A stretch of DNA of 64,000 bases from Candidatus Heimdallarchaeota archaeon. GTDB taxonomy: Archaea > Asgardarchaeota > Heimdallarchaeia > Heimdallarchaeales > Heimdallarchaeaceae. Below the pieces are notes generated by a model that searched no databases, was not told the origin of the DNA, and worked only from the letters and a program-made list of their open reading frames with translations. Shown piece by piece: positions 56,258 through 64,000 of this stretch. Location of the stretch: NCBI GenBank assembly GCA_018238545.1, contig JABCTC010000012.1, positions 1 to 64,000 of the forward strand. The letters are read 5' to 3'. The position numbers and the translations under genes were made by a program. Numbering within the stretch: the first letter of the stretch is position 1; each line of letters begins with the position of its first letter.

Positions 56258-56879
56258 AGTTATGGATGTAAAAGATGATACTGGTATCTATTTAGTCAAA
56301 TTAGCTAGACATTCTGCTAGAAGTTGGGTCATAAATAATGAAAAACCTAAACCGATTGATCCTATTCCTGAGCAAGCAAAATTCACGACGGGAGTTTTTG
56401 TTACAGTAAAAGTATTTGAAAATGGAGAAACTCATCTTAGAGGTTGCATTGGTTACATTCTAGGTATAAAATCCTTGTATGAGGAAGTAATAGACCTTTC
56501 AAGAGAATCTACACTTAATGATCCTCGATTCCCTCCTGTTAAAGAACATGAATTTTCCTCTCTGGTTTTTGAGGTAACTGTTCTAACTCCACCTGTTGAA
56601 ATTGAGTATTCTGATTCTGAAGATTTACTTAAACAAATCAATGTTCCTGGAGATGGTTTAATTGTTAAATTTGGTAAATTTCAGGGACTATTATTGCCTC
56701 AGGTACCTGTAGAACAGAATTGGGATAAAGAGGAGTTCCTTTCATATACTTGTAGAAAAGCTTACTTGCCTGTTGATATATGGAAAAAAGAGAAAATATC
56801 TGTGAAGAAATTTCAAGGAATAGTATTTAGTGAATTAGAACCAAAGGGAGAAATTAAACGATTACCTTTGAATTATTAA
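56241..56879 (+). CDS. AMMECR1-domain protein
   Basis: GVFVT, LRGCIG, DPRFPPV, EVTVLT, GLLLPQV, CRKA. Confidence 0.93.
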   Translation: MQKLVEVMDVKDDTGIYLVKLARHSARSWVINNEKPKPIDPIPEQAKFTTGVFVTVKVFENGETHLRGCIGYILGIKSLYEEVIDLSRESTLNDPRFPPVKEHEFSSLVFEVTVLTPPVEIEYSDSEDLLKQINVPGDGLIVKFGKFQGLLLPQVPVEQNWDKEEFLSYTCRKAYLPVDIWKKEKISVKKFQGIVFSELEPKGEIKRLPLNY

Positions 56880-57835
56880 TTATAGAAAATTGAAATCTCC
56901 TCTTCTCTCAGATCTTCTACTAAGTATGGTACAAAAACTGGAATTGTGGTAGGAAATTTCATAGATATATCCTCAAAGATGGTTTTTGACATAGCAATAC
57001 TCAGACTCTGTGTTTTTTGATAATAATTTAAAACCTCTTCAACATTGAATTGTTTATCACTTGAAAATATGACTCTTTCAGTTTTCTTGAGATTTTGTTG
57101 TAAAGCAAGCAATTTCGAGATTGCTTTTTGATATTCCTTTGGGTATTGGGAAAACTGTTTTATTGAATATATTATTGTAATTGCTCCCCTTTTGTATAGT
57201 TGTAATATATTCGCTATATCTTCATTTTCACCAGAAATAATAACTAATACCTTGCCTTGACACCCCGCAGGAAGTCCTCCCAATCCTTTCGCAATCTGAT
57301 CATAAACATATGTCACTCCTTCGCGTATTTCCAAGTATAAATAATACTCTGGATCAGTTAGATTGACTCTTAAGTTGTTATCATTAATATTGTCTAGAAT
57401 GAACTCTCCAATGTCAGCTGCTATCTCTACGCTCGAAAAAGAATGCTTTCCTGTACGTTTAACTTTTACTGCAAACGTGGAGTGATTGCGTAACCTCTCA
57501 AAAAATTGTTCCCGTATTATTCCTGTGATTTCTTGAAAATCAGTTTTGCAACTATATACTTTGCTTATGCTTGATATACCTGGAATGAAATTGCTCAAAA
57601 GATGTACTATTTTATCTGTTTCTGCTGAAAAAACAAATATTCTGCTAAATCTGTTTTCTATTTGAAATTCCTCAATATCATTATTCTTCAAAACAAATTC
57701 AATATGAGATATTAGTTTTTTTGTTAACCATCTTCTGGTTTTAGGACTTTTAATACCTATTTCAGAAAATCTTATCAAAATTATTTGATGTTGCTCATTT
57801 AATCCAATGCTATCATCTAGATTACTCTGTTTCAA
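56876..57835 (-). CDS. THUMP-domain ThiI-like protein with degenerate PP-loop
   Basis: IRFSEIGIKS, FAVKVKRTGKH, VNLTDP, GLGGLPAG; the SGGxDS motif reads SGENED; C-terminal half is short. Confidence 0.8.
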   Translation of the reverse strand: MKQSNLDDSIGLNEQHQIILIRFSEIGIKSPKTRRWLTKKLISHIEFVLKNNDIEEFQIENRFSRIFVFSAETDKIVHLLSNFIPGISSISKVYSCKTDFQEITGIIREQFFERLRNHSTFAVKVKRTGKHSFSSVEIAADIGEFILDNINDNNLRVNLTDPEYYLYLEIREGVTYVYDQIAKGLGGLPAGCQGKVLVIISGENEDIANILQLYKRGAITIIYSIKQFSQYPKEYQKAISKLLALQQNLKKTERVIFSSDKQFNVEEVLNYYQKTQSLSIAMSKTIFEDISMKFPTTIPVFVPYLVEDLREEEISIFYN

Positions 57836-58082
57836 AGAAATCTATACCCTCTATGAATCTCTCGCGTCTAGCCTCAATTTCAGCTTCAGTAAACCCACTT
57901 TCTCCTTCAGAGTCGACAACTTCTATGACGTCTGAAACTTTATGTTCAATCTCATCAGCTACTTCATAAGCATTTTTTTCTTCAAGTTTAGATTCATATC
58001 CACACTTAGAACAGGCTAAGATTTTTGATTTTCCCTTCTTCTTTGGGATTAACAATTTTCCACATTCTGGACAAAATTCCAT
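57822..58082 (-). CDS. TFS/Rpb9-like protein with only the N-terminal Zn ribbon
   Basis: MEFCPECGKLL...CSKCGYE; no second Zn ribbon or QTRxxDE loop. Confidence 0.75.
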   Translation of the reverse strand: MEFCPECGKLLIPKKKGKSKILACSKCGYESKLEEKNAYEVADEIEHKVSDVIEVVDSEGESGFTEAEIEARRERFIEGIDFFETE

Positions 58083-58226
58083 TTCAAACCCTCAACTTGT
58101 GATTTTTTTTCTATATGTTCGTTCAACCTTTTGAACGTTTCTGTTTGATACAAATTAGACGGAATCTTCCATAAGTAAGTTATTTCAAACTACAAACTTT
58201 TTAACCAAGGTTTACAAATTAATTTT

Positions 58227-59282
58227 ATGGATCAGAATTTCTCTTCTAATACCACCTCAAGGAAAGATGAACATCTTAAGATTTGTATCGAAAAAGATGT
58301 AAAATACGAAAGTGTTGCATCTGGGTTTGATAATTACACTATTAGACCAAATATTCTTACAGAAATTTCACCTGACGATATAGATTTGTCTACTACACTC
58401 TTAGGAAAATCGATGGATGCTCCTTTACTAATTGCAGGAATGACTGGAGGTTCAGAGAAAGGGAAAGAAATAAACAAAATTATTGCTAAGGTGTGTGATG
58501 AATTCAATATCGGTATGGGGGTAGGTTCTCAAAGAGCAGCTATAGAAAATCCTGCTTTGACTGATAGTTTTCTAGTCAGGGATAGTGCTGTAAACATTCC
58601 CTTGTTCGCAAATTTGGGAATTGCTCAATTCTCTTCTGGATATTCAGTTAAAGAAGCAGAAAAAGCTGTTGAAATGATAAATGCGGACGGATTAACTATT
58701 CATATAAATCCTTTACAAGAATTCATTCAACATGATGGGCATAAGAGGTTGATGAATATTCAACAAAACCTCAAAGATGTGGTAAGTGGGTGTAAATATC
58801 CAATTATCGTAAAGAGCGTAGGAACTGGTTTTTCTAAAGAAGATATGAAGTATTTATCGTCTCTCAACATAGCTGCAATAGATATCGCTGGTGCTGGAGG
58901 AACTAATTGGAAAAAAATTGAAATGTATAGAAACCCCTCTCTGTCAGATCTTTCCTCCTCTCTAATTAATTGGGGGATACCTACAGCTGATTGTCTTGTA
59001 AATGCTGTTGACGTTTTCGCTGGTTCTTCAAAGAAAATTATAGCTTCTGGTGGAATATGGAACGGTATGGATGCAGTAAAGGCTCTAATGTTGGGAGCAG
59101 ACTATGTTGCGTTTGCTTTGCCTGCTTTGTTGGCAATCAGCAAAGATTCAGAAGCAGGATTGAGAAAGTTTATTCACAATTATATTTTGGAAATGAAAAT
59201 AGTTCTAACAATGCTGGGTGTAACAAAACTTGAGGAATTAAGAAAGAAAAAAAACTTGTTAATGAGAAAAATTCCTCATTAA
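58227..59282 (+). CDS. fni: Type 2 isopentenyl-diphosphate isomerase
   Basis: RKDEHL, MTGG, GVGSQR, ANLG, HINPLQE, GAGGTNW, WGIPT, ASGG. Confidence 0.95.
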   Translation: MDQNFSSNTTSRKDEHLKICIEKDVKYESVASGFDNYTIRPNILTEISPDDIDLSTTLLGKSMDAPLLIAGMTGGSEKGKEINKIIAKVCDEFNIGMGVGSQRAAIENPALTDSFLVRDSAVNIPLFANLGIAQFSSGYSVKEAEKAVEMINADGLTIHINPLQEFIQHDGHKRLMNIQQNLKDVVSGCKYPIIVKSVGTGFSKEDMKYLSSLNIAAIDIAGAGGTNWKKIEMYRNPSLSDLSSSLINWGIPTADCLVNAVDVFAGSSKKIIASGGIWNGMDAVKALMLGADYVAFALPALLAISKDSEAGLRKFIHNYILEMKIVLTMLGVTKLEELRKKKNLLMRKIPH

Positions 59283-59401
59283 TAATTCAGACTAACTATG
59301 ATTCGTCATAGAGTATAAACTCTCAGCACTCATTTTTCATCCTTTAGTTATAATGATTATTCGTATAATTATCTCTTTTGATAGACACTAAATAACTCAC
59401 A

Positions 59402-60343
59402 CTAGAAAAATCCGGGATTAAGTATAAACGATGGAATGACAATTGCGACATTGATAACCACAACTATAGCGAAGACCTTCCAGTCCCATTTAAGTATTTT
59501 TGCTCCATCTAGTTGCCAGACTGGTAAACAATTGAATAGAGCAATTAGAGCGTTAAATTGTGCTACTTGTATGAAAATATTTGGCGTTGCAAATAACCCA
59601 ATAAATGGTATTATCCCAAAACTCGCATCAGTTAATAAACCTATAACTAAACTAATAGCTCCAATAACTGCATTGATTGCAGGTCCTGCCAAAGCAACCA
59701 TACCTAGATCTTTTTTGTCCATTTGCCTGCTCAAAGGTACAATGGCAACAAAACCTGGAACAATTAATCCAATACGAAAAATCAGGGTAAATAAAGTGTA
59801 AATTATCCCTCTCGTCCAGAGTATGTATCTTGCATACTGCCCTCTTCGCTGAGCGACAACCTTGTGAGCCATCTCATGTGGAAGAAAAGCTGTTGTTATC
59901 AAAATGGCTGAAATTAGAAAACCCCACCAATCATTAAAGAAAATCAGTCGAGAAAAACCAAAAACTAATACTATGAGAGTGAAACCTATGAGAATATCAA
60001 CCAATTCACTACCAAAAGAGAGTAAACCTTTAGATTTTTTCAAACGTTGTTCAATGAGTTTCTTCCTAGTTTCCTCATCAGCATAAGCATATGGGTCTTG
60101 TTGTCGTTGTTGTTGCCCCATTGCTTGTTGAGCCATTTTCATGGCACTTTGGGCCATTTGTCGGACTACTTCTTCATTCGATGGGGTGCTTGTAGCTGCA
60201 TAAGGTTGTTGAGCTTGCACACGTACTGCAGGACAACGATGTGCTTCTGGATCTCTATGTTTCTGACAAAACGATCCTCTACAATAACGACAGTAGAACA
60301 GTAAGTCTTCTTGCGCTCCACAATTAGGATACTCACATCTCAT
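59402..60343 (-). CDS. AN1 Zn finger fused to M50 (site-2) intramembrane metalloprotease
   Basis: C..C...FYCRYCRGSFCQKHRDPEAHRC; HEMAHK, ALAGP, FNCLPVWQLDG. Confidence 0.88.
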   Translation of the reverse strand: MRCEYPNCGAQEDLLFYCRYCRGSFCQKHRDPEAHRCPAVRVQAQQPYAATSTPSNEEVVRQMAQSAMKMAQQAMGQQQRQQDPYAYADEETRKKLIEQRLKKSKGLLSFGSELVDILIGFTLIVLVFGFSRLIFFNDWWGFLISAILITTAFLPHEMAHKVVAQRRGQYARYILWTRGIIYTLFTLIFRIGLIVPGFVAIVPLSRQMDKKDLGMVALAGPAINAVIGAISLVIGLLTDASFGIIPFIGLFATPNIFIQVAQFNALIALFNCLPVWQLDGAKILKWDWKVFAIVVVINVAIVIPSFILNPGFF

Positions 60344-60502
60344 CTATTTCATTTTGCACAGAACACGGGCATTTTAGAAGCTATCTATTTAACAGAAAAA
60401 TAGAAGCAGGAATCATTGGAAGTTGAGTTTGTAGAAGATTGTTTCCAGATACAAATATTTTTTAATACAAAGCTCAAAAATCCCATGAATTAACTCAACT
60501 AG

Positions 60503-62206
60503 TTGATGATTACTATGAAAACAGACATAGAAATTGCACAAGAAAAAGCTAAGGATATGAAAAATATCCGAGAAATTGCTGCAAAAATAGGTCTAGAGGA
60601 AGATGATCTTGAACAATTTGGTAAATATGTTGCAAAACTAAATTACCAAACAATGCTAAAGATACTCAAATCAGACAAACCAAATGGTAAACTAATTGCT
60701 GTTACAGCTATGACAGCTTCAAGAGCTGGTGAAGGAAAAACAGTAACCACAATAGGACTCTCTCAAGCATTTCAGAAAATAGGAAAGAGTGTAATGTTTG
60801 CATTAAGAGAACCTTCAATGGGTCCAACTTTCGGAATAAAAGGAGGAGCAACAGGAGGTCATCTTTCACAAGTATTTCCAATGTGGGACATAAATCTGCA
60901 CTTTACAGGAGATTTACATGCAATTACTTCAGCTCATAATTTACTAGCAGCTTTGCTTGACAATCACTTAACAAAAGGAAATAAGTGTAACATTGATCCA
61001 ACCAAAGTAACTTGGCCAAGAACAATAGATATGAATGATAGAGCATTAAGAAATATCATTACTGGACTTGGTGGAAGAAGAATGGGTGGAGACGTCCGAA
61101 ACACAGGTTTTGTTATTACAGCAGCTTCAGAAATTATGGCCATTTTAGCTCTATCAGCTGATGTGGGAGAACTGAAAGAAAGATTAGGAAGTATTCTATT
61201 AGGATACACTTATGATGATAAGCCAGTCTTCGCTAGGGATATTGAAGCAGTAGGAGCAATGACACTAATACTGAAAGATGCAATAAAACCAAACCTTGTA
61301 CAAAACTTTGAAGGAGTACCAGGTTTTATTCACTGCGGTCCATTTGCTAATATTGCGCATGGAAACAGTTCTATTATCGGTACTAAACTAGCTCTGAAAT
61401 TAGTTGATTATACTATCACTGAAGGTGGTTTCGCAGCTGACTTAGGTTTCGAAAAATTTGTTGATATTGTTGCTCGTCAATATGATACCTTGCCAAACGC
61501 AGTAGTTCTTGTTGTTACTGCTCGTGCTCTCAAACTCCACGGTGGTATCAAAGATTTAGATGAAGCAAAGAATATTCATATGGATGAATTAGCTAAAGGT
61601 TTCGAAAATGTTGAAAAACATCTTGATAACATGCTTAACGTCTTTAATATACCCCCTGTTGTTGCTATTAACCGCTTCCCATTTGATTCTGATGAAGAGA
61701 TTAAATGGATTAAAGACAAGTGCTCTGAACTCGGTGTTACTGCTGCTGAAAGTGAAGTTTTCATGAAAGGTGGTGAAGGCGGTATTGCTTTAGCTGAAGC
61801 TGTTTTAGAAGCAATTGAAAAGGGTAAAGGCGATGTTAAATTCGCTTATGAATTCTCTGATCCTATTAAAGTTAAAATTGAGAAAATCGCCAAAAAAGTT
61901 TATGGAGCAGAAGATGTTGAATACACTCCTCGAGCATTACAGGAGATTGCAGCAATCGAGAAACTAGGTTTCGCTGATTTTCCAATGTGTATGGCTAAAA
62001 CCCAACTCAGTCTTTCTGATAAAATTGGTTTGATGGGTGCTCCAAAAGGTTGGACTCTCAATGTAGATGAAGTTCGTCTTTACACTGGTGCTCGTTTTAT
62101 CGTTCCTATTTGTGGTAGCATGTTCTTACTGCCTGGACTACCTCCAGTTCCAGCAGCTAATAGAATGGATTACACAGAAGATGGTGAAATAATCGGATTA
62201 AATTAA
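60503..62206 (+). CDS. fhs: Formate--tetrahydrofolate ligase
   Basis: KTDIEIAQ, GEGKT, LREPSMGP, INLHFTGD, ITAASE, GPFANIAHG, TEGGFAADLG, CMAKTQLSLSD. Confidence 0.97.
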   Translation: MMITMKTDIEIAQEKAKDMKNIREIAAKIGLEEDDLEQFGKYVAKLNYQTMLKILKSDKPNGKLIAVTAMTASRAGEGKTVTTIGLSQAFQKIGKSVMFALREPSMGPTFGIKGGATGGHLSQVFPMWDINLHFTGDLHAITSAHNLLAALLDNHLTKGNKCNIDPTKVTWPRTIDMNDRALRNIITGLGGRRMGGDVRNTGFVITAASEIMAILALSADVGELKERLGSILLGYTYDDKPVFARDIEAVGAMTLILKDAIKPNLVQNFEGVPGFIHCGPFANIAHGNSSIIGTKLALKLVDYTITEGGFAADLGFEKFVDIVARQYDTLPNAVVLVVTARALKLHGGIKDLDEAKNIHMDELAKGFENVEKHLDNMLNVFNIPPVVAINRFPFDSDEEIKWIKDKCSELGVTAAESEVFMKGGEGGIALAEAVLEAIEKGKGDVKFAYEFSDPIKVKIEKIAKKVYGAEDVEYTPRALQEIAAIEKLGFADFPMCMAKTQLSLSDKIGLMGAPKGWTLNVDEVRLYTGARFIVPICGSMFLLPGLPPVPAANRMDYTEDGEIIGLN

Positions 62207-62290
62207 TTCTCAATCTCTCTTTTTTTCTTTTTTATCTTATCTACTTGCATATTAAGTTAGGTTTTTTAACGTAAAACACATAATAATAGT

Positions 62291-63046
62291 ATGCAAAAAC
62301 GCACATTAGCCTTTTTTCTGTTTGTTTTTACGCTTTTTTCAGTTTCACTTTTCAATGTCGATTTTTCTTATGCTGGGTGGGAAGTTGATCCTGTAGGTGA
62401 TGTCCCCAAAGCTTATCTAGACATCACAAATATGACTATTTCGAAAAATTATTTGGAACTCACTTTAAATGCTGATCCCTATTTTAATGATAGTGATGTT
62501 AATTGGCGTTTCTATAATATCTGGATTGACACCAGTATGGAAGATACCACTCCTGATACTTCCACTTGGAGTACTGACGTTTATGAGTATTTAGCTCACT
62601 TTGATTGCCGTTGGAATGGTGATCAATGGATAAACAACTCTTACATCAATGCCTTCCACTATTATCTAACTTCTGATGGTAGTGCAGAGGTTACCGGAAG
62701 TTTCTTCTGGGATGGAAATAACTGGGTTGGATCTGATCCAAATATAGATGTAGCAGTTGTCTCAGGTAGTACCATTTCTTATGATACTGAAGGAGCTCTT
62801 TTTAGAGAACAGCCTTTGGGTACAGGTTATGTTATTCAAGGTGTTGCCAATACTTCCAATCTTACAACAGTTGACATAGCTCCCGATTATGGATGGCTAG
62901 ATGAGTTCGATAATTTATGCGTACCACCAAATAACACAGAGCCCGAAACAACACCTACTCCCTTCTCAATCTTTGGTTTATTGTTTGGCATAATCCTTCT
63001 GGGTATCATTGGTTCAAGCATAAGTAAAACTAGAAAAAGGAATTAA
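62291..63046 (+). CDS. Secreted, C-terminally anchored hypothetical protein
   Basis: Signal peptide, DPVGDV...YLDI, beta/aromatic-rich body, P/T linker, TM helix and RKRN tail. Confidence 0.75.
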   Translation: MQKRTLAFFLFVFTLFSVSLFNVDFSYAGWEVDPVGDVPKAYLDITNMTISKNYLELTLNADPYFNDSDVNWRFYNIWIDTSMEDTTPDTSTWSTDVYEYLAHFDCRWNGDQWINNSYINAFHYYLTSDGSAEVTGSFFWDGNNWVGSDPNIDVAVVSGSTISYDTEGALFREQPLGTGYVIQGVANTSNLTTVDIAPDYGWLDEFDNLCVPPNNTEPETTPTPFSIFGLLFGIILLGIIGSSISKTRKRN

Positions 63047-63126
63047 TTTTTATTGTTTATCCTTCTTTTTTTTATTTTAATTCTGAAAAAATTGTTAGTG
63101 TTACAGCTTCAATTTTGTATAAGTAT

Positions 63127-63999
63127 CTAATCTCTCTGTTCTAATTCTTTTGCATAAATGATTTCGCAGATTCTGTGTTTACTTTTTGTGAGATTGACAT
63201 CTACTTTACTACTGTCTCTTATCCATTTTTCACATGAATTGCAAATAATCTCATCTGGATATCTCCAATAATTACATACAACTAAAAATTTCACATTCTC
63301 ATCTGTTTCATTAATGAAATGATCAGGAATGAATGGTGCTTTATTGAAGAGTTGAATTAACCTTATCATTGGATCGAATTCAGGGTAAAACTCCTCACCA
63401 ATATCAGCCTTTATCAGCTTCACTGTTTCTTCTCTCTCCTTCTCACCCATCTCCCTAATTGTCTGATCTTCTCTATAAGATATGATTTCTCTGCTTACAC
63501 GACCAGGAGCTATTTGGAAAATACAATCCTTAACGTAACTATATTCAGCTGCACATCTCATCTCACTGCAAACAACCTGCTCATTTAATAACTGGCTGAA
63601 TATTGCTTCTAACATTCCTTCCACGTAGGCACACGCTTTAGTCGCAATTACTCCTAATGATTCCGTCCAGATTGAGTTTTTCAGCGAAACAGTTGCGACT
63701 TTTTCGTCAGGATCAAAATGTAAAATACTAATCTCTCCCCATCTAGAAACGATAGGTGATGTGATTATTGTGTTGAGGTATGTGCGTAATGAATCATTTT
63801 GTTTAGGCTGATAACGCATAGAGATTTTTTTGCCAGCGTCATTTCCTATTTTGCCGAGAATCTGCGAAATCGCGTCTTTTCGCCCCTCGAATTGACCATA
63901 GAACAACTCTTGGAAAATATTAATAGCATTGTCTTTGAGAGATGTTAAGCAATTTGACACCTCTGGAAAATCATCTAAGATAGGATTAGCATAAGTTAT
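63127..63999 (-). CDS. V4R-domain protein, 5'-partial
   Basis: IGNDAG, RWG, KNS..E, CAYVEGMLEAIF, CSEMRCAA...CIF; frame is open to the window edge. Confidence 0.8.
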   Translation of the reverse strand: MTYANPILDDFPEVSNCLTSLKDNAINIFQELFYGQFEGRKDAISQILGKIGNDAGKKISMRYQPKQNDSLRTYLNTIITSPIVSRWGEISILHFDPDEKVATVSLKNSIWTESLGVIATKACAYVEGMLEAIFSQLLNEQVVCSEMRCAAEYSYVKDCIFQIAPGRVSREIISYREDQTIREMGEKEREETVKLIKADIGEEFYPEFDPMIRLIQLFNKAPFIPDHFINETDENVKFLVVCNYWRYPDEIICNSCEKWIRDSSKVDVNLTKSKHRICEIIYAKELEQRD

Positions 64000-64000
64000 A

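Overview
AT-rich archaeal chromosomal segment, most likely from an Asgard archaeon (Heimdallarchaeia-like). This is inferred from archaeal housekeeping genes (TFS-type Zn ribbon, RqcH, Fni, AMMECR1, THUMP, RadA-type recombinase, GGTGA ribosome-binding sites) occurring together with eukaryotic-signature-type proteins (Rab-like GTPase, EMC6/OPTI-like membrane protein, V4R protein). The left ~27 kb is accessory and partly decaying: a TnpB element at the window edge, sugar and peptide scavenging genes (GPH/MFS transporters, GH3, GH2, AbgB), secreted surface proteins (FG-GAP propeller, caspase-like protease, beta-helix proteins), several pseudogenes and two short direct repeats left by duplications. 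The right ~37 kb is more core-like: divergent SF2 helicase plus four-HTH protein, receiver/PPDK_N protein convergent with gdhA, a coiled-coil/winged-helix gene pair, an opp/dpp transporter interrupted by a divergent TFB/cyclin-fold gene, a Rab-like GTPase cluster, an rqcH operon, fni and fhs. Best candidates for something undescribed: the Rab-like GTPase with a coiled-coil tail and its coiled-coil partner (48.7-50.2 kb), the paralogous coiled-coil/winged-helix pair (37.4-38.9 kb), the OppF ATPase with an inserted transmembrane hairpin, and the EMC6/OPTI-like plus two-TM gene pair. No rRNA, tRNA or CRISPR array was recognised. All family calls are by-eye motif recognition; no searches were run.
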